From assembly GCA_009602725.1 (NCBI GenBank), contig WELB01000002.1, positions 1,761,194 to 1,802,493 of the forward strand: a stretch of 41,300 nucleotides of DNA, written 5' to 3'. Made by a program: the position numbers and the translations under genes. This stretch comes from Spirogloea muscicola (Eukaryota). Positions within the stretch are counted from its first letter, which is position 1. Each line of letters opens with the position of its first letter. The notes under the pieces are model-generated. The model had not been told where the DNA came from and made no database searches. It worked only from the letters and a program-made list of their open reading frames with translations. Positions 1-12,657 of this stretch are shown piece after piece.

Positions 1-2536
1 GGTCGTCCCCAAGTGGCGCAGCCTGAAGACCCCAGCTTACGGTAGGTCAGAGGAGTGTAGTCGAGCATGAGAACGAAGGTATGTGGCAGCTGCAATCAGC
101 TTGACTTAGTGTACAGCATTGTAAGACAGAGGACCCAGGATTGGTGCTTTAGACGAGAGGCCAGTGGCCATGTCCATCAGCTTGCGCAACAGAAGGGCAC
201 CTCATCAGTGTGTCGTGAGCACGCGGGAGGGCCACGCGGTGGACGGGCAGAGCGAGCGCCGGCTCTGCATAAAAAAGCGATAGGCAGCAAGAGTTGTGCC
301 GCAAGTGAGGCACGGCACAGCAAAATGCTGCCACATTAGCTTCCCCACTTCTGATTAGCTCAATTTGCATAAGCCAGCGTGTCAATAAAGTCTACCAGAC
401 CTCGCAAGCTGCGCACTGGCTGCACAAACTGCTGCTAGTTGGGGTAGCAACCATTGAGGCAATGCGGTTCTGACCGGTGGCATTGTTGACCAGGAGCATC
501 TGCGCGAGCTTGCCAAAGATGTGCGCCACATTCGTGTTGCTCTTGTCCATGTACTGCAGGTACGTCGTGCCGCGCCGCCATGTGATGGCCGCCCGGCTGA
601 GGAATGGCGCGGCGAGCCATGTCAGGGGCCTGCATCAGCCTGCCAGGCGATGTGTTCTCCCGCGCATCTGCTTGGTCCAAAAGTCCATACTGTGGTGACT
701 AACCTGGCAAGCCAAGACATGGGCCGTCCCCCAAATTGCATCTCTGTCTCCTTCTTCAGCTGCAGCAGCGACGACAGCGGCGTCAGCAACCACAGTGCTA
801 GCAATCGCGTCAGCGCTCGGCTGGCAAGAGTGACACGGCACATACGGCCAAGGAATGCCAGCCGCAGATAATCACTCACGTGCTTCTTCCAGGACTTGTA
901 TTTAGGGAAGCTGCAGCGCAGCAGCTCCAGCGGCCCGCCTGGCGCTACTGCAGGAGCAAAGAACAACGGGGAGGCGAGCTGCCCATCAGCATTGCTTGTT
1001 ATGCTGGCAACAGCTAGGCGAGGCGTGGCAACGATATTGCAGCGGGCCGCGGGCTTGCGGTCGTGCAGCCCGCACCGGCACTATCGTCATTGGCGCACTC
1101 CTCGTCCATTGTCAGCGCATGCGTGCCATTGAAGCACATCGTGTCGACCACCGCCAGGAGCTGCAGGCAGCAGAACTGCGACGCCAGGTGGCAGGTGGCA
1201 GCAATCAGTGCACGTGCCTATAGGCCAAAAAAATGAAGTGGTCGATCTTCCAGGCGGCGAATGTCTGTGTACCTTGTTTTCCACGCGGTACATGCTCCAT
1301 GTAGAAGGCAGTGTGGTCGGCGGCGGCGTGTTTAGCTTCAGTGATTCTTCCGCAACCGCCGATTCCCAGTCTGTAAGTCCTAAGCTGAGGATTGTGCGCA
1401 GCTCTGTATGCACGGTCTGCATGCAGCCGCACCAGCGCACCCGCTGTCAGCTCAGGACTAGAGCCGCTCAGCCCCCATCAGTGGCGGGATGCGGTCGCCG
1501 GCTGTCGTGACGGTGGCATGGCCGGCTCACCGCGTTGCTCCCGGTGGCATTTGCAGAATCACCGGCGGCGGCTGCCTGCACGGCAGCTGCCGCAGGGATG
1601 GTGGCGGCGGCGGCGTTGGCAGCGGCCTGTCTCAACTCGCCTTCCAGCTGCGCGACATTGGCCTTCAGGCTGCGCAGCTCCTCTGCCGCCGCCGGTGCAG
1701 CTGCCGCCGTCTCCGATGCCGGCGCTACCGCACTGTTGCCTTCCCCGTCCAGCACGCGGCGCGGGCGCTTGCCCAGCCCAGGCTGGCCCGCCAAGGAGAG
1801 CGCCGTGCGCAGCGCCTCCGCATCTTCGAGCGCCGCTTGGTAGAAGTTCCTCGGCAGGAGGCCCCCTCCGTAAGCTGCAGCATGTGCGCAATGGCGTTGG
1901 CGAGCGAGCAGCAATTGAGAGCGCTGTCAAGCTGGGAGTTCTCATTCTTCAAAGAATCGCATTATATGTGTCACATACACTAGTCAATTATCTCCTACAA
2001 CCATAACAAGCCCTTCAGGGGTTATCCCAACATGGCCAGCCGATCCTGGAGCGCTGCAGTCTCACACCCATCAGTTGAGACCATCAAGGACTTCTAAGAT
2101 AAGCTGTGGGTAGCTGCTAGCCTTCCACGTCCTGACTTGTGACGTTGGCCATAAGGCTTCAATTCTGGGCCTGGGCGGGGTGTGGCGAACCTGGGCTGCT
2201 TATTGACAAGTGTCCGGCCATTGTCACGCCGGTGCTGAGAAGAGCGAGCACGGCGAGCACCGCAACGGCAGCCAGCGCCGTCCAGGCCCGCCCGCTGGCG
2301 GCCTGTGGACAACAGGAGCTCCCGCCACCTCCGCCGCTGCTGCCGCCACTAACGCCGTCGCTCGAGCTGCCGCTCGATCCGGCACTGGTCCCGGCGGCGG
2401 GCCCCCGCGCCAGCGCCAGCCGCAGGTGCGCAGCTTGCTGTGCTGCCGCCGCTTTGGCGCGGTCGTCCTTGGGGCTTGGCGCGCCGGCGTCCCAGCCCAA
2501 CAGAGGCGGCTGTGGCGGCAGGCAGGCGCGCGCCAT
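1..2536 (-). CDS. Multi-exon type II membrane protein, possibly glycosyltransferase-like (GT61-like guess); 3' end beyond the window's left edge
   Basis: ATG at 2536 (MARACLPP...), with hydrophobic segment AWTALAAVAVLAVLALLSTGVTM. Phase-consistent GT-AG exons: 2191-2536, 1531-1874 (AYGGGLLPRNFYQAALEDAEALR...EELRSLKANVAQLEGELRQ, coiled-coil-like stem), ~1272-1416, ~1076-1160 (LLAVVDTMCFNGTH), ~879-947, ~704-760, ~476-629 (WRRGTTYLQYMDKSNTNVAHIFGKL). The gene model is well supported; the product is only an inference. Confidence 0.7.
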
Positions 2537-2809
2537 GGACGGCCTCATCCTTGCGGCAGCGCTCCTGTCGACTCGGACCTCTTCGGCGGTGGTTGTCAAT
2601 GGTGGTTTCCGCCTTGGAGTCACAGCAGCGCCGCTGCTGCGTCGAAGCTGTGGTCTGGACTGGTAGCTTTCTGCGTCTGCGCGAGCGCGTTGGGAGCTTG
2701 CACTGAGGAGCTGCTGCGAGGCCTCCTGTGTAGAGGAGGCGGGGCTGGGCCTCGCCGGAGCCCAGTGGGTCGCAGGATGAAGAGAGAGAAGGAGGGCTGA
2801 CGAGTCAGG

Positions 2810-2864
2810 GACACAGACACAGACACAGTAGAGAGAGAGGGGGAGAGAGAGAAGGGGAGAGAGA

Positions 2865-2952
<88 letters not shown>

Positions 2953-2999
2953 NNNNNNNNNNNNNNNNNNNNNNNNNNNNNNNNNNNNNNNNNNNNNNN

Positions 3000-3046
<47 letters not shown>

Positions 3047-3120
3047 AGGGAGGGAGGGAGGGAGGGAGGGAGGGGGAGAGAGAGGGAGGGAGAGGGAGAG
3101 GGAGGAAGAGAGGGGGGGGT
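2810..3120 (+). repeat. (GA)n microsatellite with (GGGA)n tail, interrupted by an N gap
   Basis: Directly visible (GA)n run, Ns at 2953-2999, then gggagggaggga... to ~3120; lies 5' of the minus-strand gene at 1-2536. Confidence 0.97.
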
Positions 3121-3499
3121 GTGATCAGGGACGGAGGCAGAGAGGCAGGCTTGTGGGCTGGGGAGGAAGGAGAAGTGGTGGGGCAGGTAGCGGGCCGGCT
3201 GTTGGGAGCCCCTGGAGCGGAGGCGCCACCTGAGGTGCCCGGGCCAGGAGGGCCGGGCTAGGTGCGGGCCAGCCCCCTGGCTTCGCCTCGACAAACCCCC
3301 GTGATTCCTCATCTGCAGACCCGATCGAGCAGAAGGAAGAAAAGGTCTCTTTATAAGGTCCACCCCGTCTCCTCCAAGCGGGAGAGCCACTTTCCAAGCG
3401 ACCGCCTGCCTTATTGACCGCCGACGTGCAGCCGTTGACTGGGGAAGGTGGTTGGATTTGTGTAGCAGAGAGTCCTCAGTTTTGTCAATGTCTGTGACC

Positions 3500-6400
3500 A
3501 CCAGTTAATCTGGCCGCGCTTGCTCTGTGAACTGAAGCAGCTCTTCTTTTTGCCACCGGGGGGGGGGGGGGGGGGGGGGGGGGCCCCTCCGCNCTCCTCA
3601 CTCGTAACTACTGAGTGGTCCATCCTCCCCCGTTCTGCCATAGCCTCTTCAGGCCCCGCAGTCGCTGCTTTGCTCGTAATTTGGCCCCTTCGAACCTCGT
3701 CAATTCTTTTCGGGCTGGCTTCTCACAGCCCTTGCCCCCATTGGGAGAGCCACTTCTTCTGTGGTACTGCCAGCTTCGCTTGCTGCTGTCTCAGTCCTTA
3801 GCACTCCGGCTCCTTCAGACCTTGTCCATTCCTTTGGGCTGGCCTCTCCCAGCCACCAATTAATCTGGCCGCGCTTGCTTCAGCACAGAAAGAGAGAGAG
3901 AGCCACAAAAAGAATTGACAGTCGAAGGGGCCACAATGACGGAGGGGCCTGAAAATGCTGTGTTCAGAACGGGTGGAGGATGGACCACTCAGTAGCTACA
4001 AGTGAGGAGCCTCAAATCCGACAGTCTAGCTGCCGGAAAGAAAGCGCTCGCCCATTGAGGATAGGGGCTGGAAAAGCCAGCCCACAAAGGGCTCCGAATG
4101 GCCAGCCCAGAAAGACTGAACACCATTTAAAAGATAAGTGGCTCAAAGGGCACAGCATCCCCCCCCCCCTTTGCTCACTCGTGGGTACTGAGCTTCCATC
4201 TGCGGTCGTGTAGTGTCTAGCTGTGTGGTAATCTGTTTAGCTACCTTCCATGGGCGAGCTCTTTCTCTGTGGAATGTCCACAGCCTGAACAGTCTTGGAA
4301 GCCCCCCTGGTCCATCACTCCCCAATAGTACTGTTCCTAAAGCTGTCCATTCTAGGGTCTAAACTTCTCAATTTCCAAACCTATCAATTTCAAACCTCAA
4401 CCTTTTCTCCTCTCACCAGGCTGCGCAAGACTAGCAATCACACGCCGGAGCTGTGCAGGCTTTCACACGGCCAGTCAAGCCATCGATCTCCTGCCTCTAA
4501 TTATATGGGGCAAAAGGGACAACCGCAGGGTTGTGCAGGAGCGACACGAGCAAGGGAGCTTCACACCTCGCCGTTCCGCTAGTCCTCGTCCTTGACGCTT
4601 TGGGCCTCAGGCGCTCTTCCAGAAACAACGCCACCAGGGACGCCTAGCTCCACCCAAGCCGCACAGCCCCTTAGGAGCGGGTGCTGGGGAGCGTTGCGAG
4701 CCTGTCTGTCACACAAATGCTGCACTTCTCTTACACATTGGTACTCATGTACTTTGACCAGTGTTGAACAAGGGCTGAAAGAAGCACAGCGCGCACGCAG
4801 CAGAGGAGCAGCACAGCACGAACGTCAGCCCCTCAGGTCCGCTTTTCCAGCTCTTCTTTCTCACGCTTGCTGTTGCGGCGGACGGGCATGCAGGGATGTC
4901 CAAGTACGTTGGGCAAGTCGCAGACTTGTTCGTTCTCTTAGCATGGGCACCATTTGCTATCTATAGGGGCAAAAGCTCCCTATGAGACCGACTGGGCAAG
5001 TCACCAGCGAGCGCAGGAAAGGAAGTAGACACAAGAAAGAACGATGACTGTGAAAGGCAAGCCCAAGAGAACATGGACAAGGTGCGAACGGGCCGGGAAG
5101 CGCTCTATCAAAACAGCTACGCAAGTGTCTACTACGAATGTTTGCTCAATGATGCCTAGCAGCCGCAAGACAGAATATGGGCAACACAGGAGCAGGGGCA
5201 ACAGCTCCAAGTGAGACAAGTGGCCAGCGATCGCAGGAAAATAGAGTTCGGGTTGATGGATGTGAAAGGCCAGCCTGGGTGCTAGGTGCTCAATAAACCC
5301 TCATTAGCCGTATGTCAGAGTAGCTTGCAGCCGGGAAAGTGTCACCACGGCAGTACCCAGAAGCAGCAGCCAAAGCGCGGCCTGCCCGCAAATGTACTGC
5401 CACTGCCTAGAAAAGCTGGAGCGAAATCGATAGGTGAATGCCAACAACCGGAGGGAGCGATCCAGCAGCATTGAAGCCGGGCTGTTCACCTAGCTGACCT
5501 TGGCGTCAAGTGATCGCCCGCCCCGCAAGTGGCTGGAGCTGGTCTAGCCGCTGACTCTTGAATGCCCAATGACTACAATGGTCATTGCAACAGAAATCCT
5601 CAGCAGGGTTGTCCGTATGATTTGCTCCTTGATGCCTGCAGCCTTGCCGACCGTGTGCCCGCTCCTCCGTTGGATTATTAGATATTGTGGGTTGCTGGTG
5701 TCTATAATTACGTATCCAGGATGAGACGGGGGCTCCCTTCCAGGCGTGGTGCTGAGGAGGTTGGCGCGCCCATTTGGCACATAAGAGGAGGGTGTGCTCA
5801 CCATGCTGCTCGGCATCCACGCTTGGTACCATGGTGGAGAAAGCTTTTCCCACGAGGGGACGGTGCTGTGAAAGGCCACCCCTAAAAGGACTGGAGAACG
5901 TATGGAAGGGCCGAAGAGCGCGAGAACAAAGAGCTATGCAAGTGGCTACTTTGAGTGGGGTCCCCTAACTTGTAGTGCACAGCTGCAAGTCAGAGTGGCT
6001 TGTACTGTGAAGGAAACAACTCTTCCAATTTACGGCAATGGATGAGAGGCCAGCCCAAAGTAATGTACAACGAAAGGGCTCACTCCAGGGTCGGGTCGGG
6101 GAAAGGGAAGTTGAAGGTTGAGGAAATGTACATTGTAGTCCACGGGTAGCGGGATCAGTTCAGGTGGAGGAGGGCAAAGGGGTTTTGATTTTGACGTGAG
6201 GAAAGTTGCAGGAAGCTTCTGATTGAATCCAGGGGGGCCCTGGAGGCAGCCGGCAGCGCACATGTGGCGGTGACCAGGTGAGCGCACGACGGTCGCGGTG
6301 TCGCTTGCGGCGAAGCCTCAGGCCGCCAGGGCCTCCTGGCGCGGGAAGCTTCCGAGAGTTCTGTGGATGCCAGGGGCGCAAGCGGGCGCCTGGGTGTGGT

Positions 6401-7110
6401 GTGGCAGGTGGGCTCGAAGCAGCTGCCCGGCGACAGTCGCAGTAGGAAGAAGTGAGCTCCTCCAAAGAAAAGTGCTCGCCCATGGAGGAGAAGGGCTGGC
6501 AAAGCCAGCCCAAAAAAGAATGGACAATGTCCAAAGCCAAAGAAAGAGGAGCCGGAGAAAGGACTACACTACAAAACACTGCAGAACACAGACGATGCAG
6601 AGGGAAGCTCAGTACCCACGAGTGAGCAACATCAGGTCTGAGTAGCTCGCTGCATCGTCGGGCGGGGGCTGTGAACAGAAGAAACGACGCTTCCAGTCGA
6701 GGGCGATGGCTGTGAGAGGCCAGCCCAGACAAGGAATGAGCAAAGTTCGAAGGGGCCAGAGAAAGCGTTGAAGCACACACTGAAAAGCCAGCCCAGAGAG
6801 AATGAACACTGGCCGTACGGCCGAAAGGCGCCAAAATCACACAGCTATGCAAGAGCCCCTTCGGTCTTCTTCATTCCCTTTTCTGGGCTGGCCAATCACT
6901 TCATCGTTCTTTACCGAAAGAGTCTTGCGCTTGCTCTGGCCCCTTCGACCTTTGTACAATCTCCTTCTTCTTCTGGGCTGGCCTCTCACAGTCATCGCCC
7001 TCTACTGGAAGAGGCTTTGTTCTCTTTGGAAGAGCTCACTTCTTCTATGCAAGAGACTACAGCGAATGGGAGCTTCGCAACCCCGAGTCAGCAGCCGGAA
7101 GTCGGAGGTT
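3500..7110. repeat. Left cluster of a modular non-coding interspersed repeat family
   Basis: Recurrent GGCCCCTTCGA...GGGCTGGC(C/T)TCTCACAG(C/T)C(A/C)T(C/T)GCCC modules at ~3682, ~6691-6757 (reverse) and ~6938-7012. Other blocks are shared with 24.2-26.7 kb. Direct repeat cacca(g/a)ttaatctggccgcgcttgct at ~3499 and ~3854. The central part (~4.3-6.0 kb) is less clearly repetitive. Confidence 0.8.
3594..4009. mobile_element. Possible MITE-like/foldback element bounded by ~44-bp inverted repeats
   Basis: 3594-3637 ctcctcactcgtaactactgagtggtccatcctcccccgttctg is the reverse complement of 3965-4009 with 2 substitutions and 1 indel. The left flank abuts an N, so no target-site duplication can be read. 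Confidence 0.45.
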
Positions 7111-7762
7111 AGGGTGTAGGGTTTTAGATTCTATACTTGCCACAGCATTGGTAGCGCTACGAGGGGTGTCGCATCGCTGCAAGCTGTGTGTTGCTCTCTA
7201 CCACCTATGCCGCTGCCGCCTCTTATAGATGCCAGCAGCGGCTTTCCCATCTAAGCTTGCAGAGCAAGGATATTCAGCCACTCCTAACTCGGAGTCCTGG
7301 GCGTCTGACATGGAGAGCTACCACGCCTGCTCTGATTGCTTCTGCTGCCCAGTCTGCATTCAGAAAAGTCCCGTATTGCCAGACACATGCTCAAGCGCTT
7401 TGCAGCTAGTGCTTTCAACTTGATAGCTGTAGCGTGCTTGTCAGTAGCACAGTAACAGCAATATGGTCCCAAATGTGGTGAGCACTTTAACCTGCCACAT
7501 GCACAGCAGCTGCAAACAACAAGACTTCAACTGTATGTGCTCCACATGGAAACCAGCTAATATTTGCACAATGTACACAATGCCAGGAGACAAGTGTGAA
7601 AATATTTGTAAAGCTCCATTGTTATGCAATGTCAGCGGCGTCAAGAAGAAGGGAGGAAAATCCTGTGGAGGGAATCAGCTGCGCCGCCCAAATTGAGTTG
7701 ACACAATGTGTGCCAGGGGCGTCGATCAAGTTGACACAATGTGTGCCAGGTACGTCACTTGG

Positions 7763-9625
7763 TCACAGCAGGCTTTGCGCCTTGACGCCAATAGTGGAGC
7801 GGTTGCTGGTCTCGTGGTCGTCGTCGTCATCGTCGTCATTGTCATCGACCCTGAAGAACGTGTATGATAGTGTGAGGTGGTCAACTTTGTCCAGCTTCGA
7901 ATCGGCCAAGTACTCGGGGTCAATGTAGAAGAAGACCTGCGTAGAGGCGGGAGAAATGGAGAGGAGCATGCCATTGGCATGCGCTTCCGCTGTTAGAGAA
8001 CGAAATGAACAGCAATCATTACTGTGTTGTGACTTCTGACTTCTGAAAGTCTACCGAGCTCTGCAATCGGAGCGATGGGTGCAGCGCCCTGCATTCCACC
8101 ACGCAATACAGAAGCAGTTGCCCACAGATTGCTCATTGCCAAGACTATCTGCAATGAGGCCCCTGTTGAGCCCACATAGAGAGAGTTGGACAGGCACAGC
8201 TGCCACAGTGGGGCCCACTTACAGGCATGTCAACCTTCTCGCCTGCCCGGAGGCGCTGCTCCTCGAAGCAGAAGCACTGGATCTTGTTGAAGTAGAGGCC
8301 CGCCTGGCACACTCAGTGGCAACGCAAGAAGAACTTGGAGGACGTGAGTACCAGTGTCAGGAGGGAAAGGAAGGGATGATAAACAGCAGCTTAATGTGTC
8401 GAAAGATTGTCAAATCACTGAGTTGAGCTGGAAATCGAGCGGGAAACTGCCTCAGCTTCTGATCGCAAATTCATTAACCAGCTGGACTTTCACTAAGGTA
8501 CTTCAGATGAGAAAATACAGGGTAAAGAAGTGACGCACTATGAGAGCATCCTTCAAGCAAGTAAAAGCTACAACCGACCTTATGAACACAAACATATTGT
8601 AAGGGCTACCTCTCCCCCACCTTGCCAGGCGAAACATTGTACGTCGAAACGCCTGTGATGGGTTCATTGCTGAGATTGTGAGCGGTGTAGAAGGCCAGCG
8701 TGCTCTCCCCAGGCCGAACTCTCACCTGGACGGCTGCGCCGAGTGAGCAGGCATCAGTCAAATCTGGCCAGCAACCCTCCCAACAGTCGTATTGCGGCAG
8801 CAACAGTGGCAGCAGCTGCAGCAAGAGAGCCGGCCTCACCTCGCGCTGGCTGGGGTGGAAGCGCCAAGGCATGCCGTCGGCGACATCGGCGTTGAAATGC
8901 ACCACGAGCTCTCGCCGGCTGCCATTTGTGGCCAAGTATCAGCATAGCTGTTGTCGGTTTACCCTTTTATCAGGAATGTCTTCCACTTCTTAAGAGCAAT
9001 TAATTCGTTTACCGCTATTGATAATGTCCACCGACAAGTGCCGCAACATTGTTGATTGCTGGGAAAGAGGTGGGTGTGCAACGAGCATAAGGCGTACGTG
9101 GGTTTCCGCATGCTCACCTTGCAGCTTCGCCGTCTGCGGCCCCATGGCGGGCTATCTTCTCCTCAACCGTCTACGTGAAGGGCAGCGCAGGTGGGGCGTC
9201 AGAGCCAACGTTCGCAGCGTTCAGGGTTAAGGGCTCAGACTCAAACTTACACTTAGAGTGAAACTTGATCTTATACTTTTAGATAGAATATAGATAAGTT
9301 ATAGCATCGATAGCAGATATAGATAGATATCATCTGAGCAGCAGCATCAGGGGCGGGCTTAGGGTTCAGGGTGTCAAGGATATAGGATGTAGGGTTAGGG
9401 TTCAGAGTTGGGGTTTTAGGGTAAGCCCTTGCGGAGCGCACCACGCGCTTCTGCGTGGTGCCGCCGTAGCCGGTGGCGGCGCAGAACATGCGGTAGAGCG
9501 GCACGGCGGCGTACGTGGCGCCCACCATGGCCACGGCCAGCGCGCCGAGGTACGCCAGCGTGGCCCGCGAGCGGCCCGCCGCCGCTGCGCTGGCCGCTGC
9601 TGCCCGGCGGGGCCCACCTCCGCCG
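7763..9625 (-). CDS. COX11: Cytochrome c oxidase assembly protein COX11 (5' end lost in N gap)
   Basis: Exons 9442->9625 ([19 protein letters not shown]), 9118-9170 (TVEEKIARH), 8840-8918 ([21 protein letters not shown]), 8621-8725 ([17 protein letters not shown]...GVSTYNV), 8223-8303 ([18 protein letters not shown], copper-binding CFCF), 7763-7936 (VFFYIDPE...LSYTFF). All introns GT-AG and in phase. Confidence 0.97.
9356..9421 (-). repeat. Degenerate telomere-like (CCCTAA/CCCTAAA in sense) array in COX11 5' intron
   Basis: gggcttagggttcagggtg...gtagggttagggttcagagttggggttttaggg on the + strand. Confidence 0.75.
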
Positions 9626-10392
9626 NNNNNNNNNNNNNNNNNNNNNNNNNNNNNNNNNNNNNNNNNNNNNNNNNNNNNNNNNNNNNNNNNNNNNNNNNNN
9701 NNNNNNNNNNNNNNNNNNNNNNNNNNNNNNNNNNNNNNNNNNNNNNNNNNNNNNNNNNNNNNNNNNNNNNNNNNNNNNNNNNNNNNNNNNNNNNNNNNNN
9801 NNNNNNNNNNNNNNNNNNNNNNNNNNNNNNNNNNNNNNNNNNNNNNNNNNNNNNNNNNNNNNNNNNNNNNNNNNNNNNNNNNNNNNNNNNNNNNNNNNNN
9901 NNNNNNNNNNNNNNNNNNNNNNNNNNNNNNNNNNNNNNNNNNNNNNNNNNNNNNNNNNNNNNNNNNNNNNNNNNNNNNNNNNNNNNNNNNNNNNNNNNNN
10001 NNNNNNNNNNNNNNNNNNNNNNNNNNNNNNNNNNNNNNNNNNNNNNNNNNNNNNNNNNNNNNNNNNNNNNNNNNNNNNNNNNNNNNNNNNNNNNNNNNNN
10101 NNNNNNNNNNNNNNNNNNNNNNNNNNNNNNNNNNNNNNNNNNNNNNNNNNNNNNNNNNNNNNNNNNNNNNNNNNNNNNNNNNNNNNNNNNNNNNNNNNNN
10201 NNNNNNNNNNNNNNNNNNNNNNNNNNNNNNNNNNNNNNNNNNNNNNNNNNNNNNNNNNNNNNNNNNNNNNNNNNNNNNNNNNNNNNNNNNNNNNNNNNNN
10301 NNNNNNNNNNNNNNNNNNNNNNNNNNNNNNNNNNNNNNNNNNNNNNNNNNNNNNNNNNNNNNNNNNNNNNNNNNNNNNNNNNNNNNNNNNNN
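9626..10392. other. Assembly gap (N run) covering the COX11 start and the COX11/ARL1 divergent promoter
   Basis: Run of Ns flanked on both sides by very GC-rich (GCC)n sequence. Confidence 0.99.
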
Positions 10393-10393
10393 C

Positions 10394-12106
<1,713 letters not shown>

Positions 12107-12657
12107 CATGGCCAGCCAAAGCTGGGGTCATTGCAACCATGGCCTCTGGCAGGCACTTGTTGGCCTTGGGGCGGCAGCTGCACACTGGCACCAATTGCAG
12201 CAGTGAACTGAACCACCTTGGCGCCGGCCGTATGCGCGGACATTTGGACGTCCTGAGAGACCAGCAGCTGCAGCCACTGCCCCTGAAGCTCCGGGCTGAG
12301 CCAAATGCACTAGGACGGCAGCTACCAGCGGATGCGACAATCGAGCTGTTGTGATTGAGCCGTTCCTCGTTGGAACACTTGTTTCCTGTGGCTAACTCGC
12401 CAAGGCCAACTCTCCATTTGGCTCCTATGCAGCAGGCCTTTCACAAGGACCTGGCAAAGTGCCGCAGACAGCCCCGCTTCGGTGCTGGCGCGGCTTATAG
12501 CGAGCTCACAGTCGCTGGCTGGTGGGCCTAGGTGGCAGGAGCGCTGGCTGCGCCGCCCTGGGCGAAGGCACTGTGCCAGCAATCGTCAAAATCTCCTAGC
12601 CGCAAGTGCGCTGCCAGAACGTCAACCAGCATTGGCAGTGCTTCAGGGCTTCGAAGG

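Noticed and set aside
3558..3593. Long poly-G run as a functional G-quadruplex
   Set aside because: It lies next to an N at a contig junction, so its length is unreliable and may be a sequencing artefact.
5506..5879. Possible transposase/RT remnant in the middle of the left repeat cluster
   Set aside because: No recognisable DDE, RT, tyrosine recombinase or gag motif in the frames I read. A profile search could still detect a decayed remnant.
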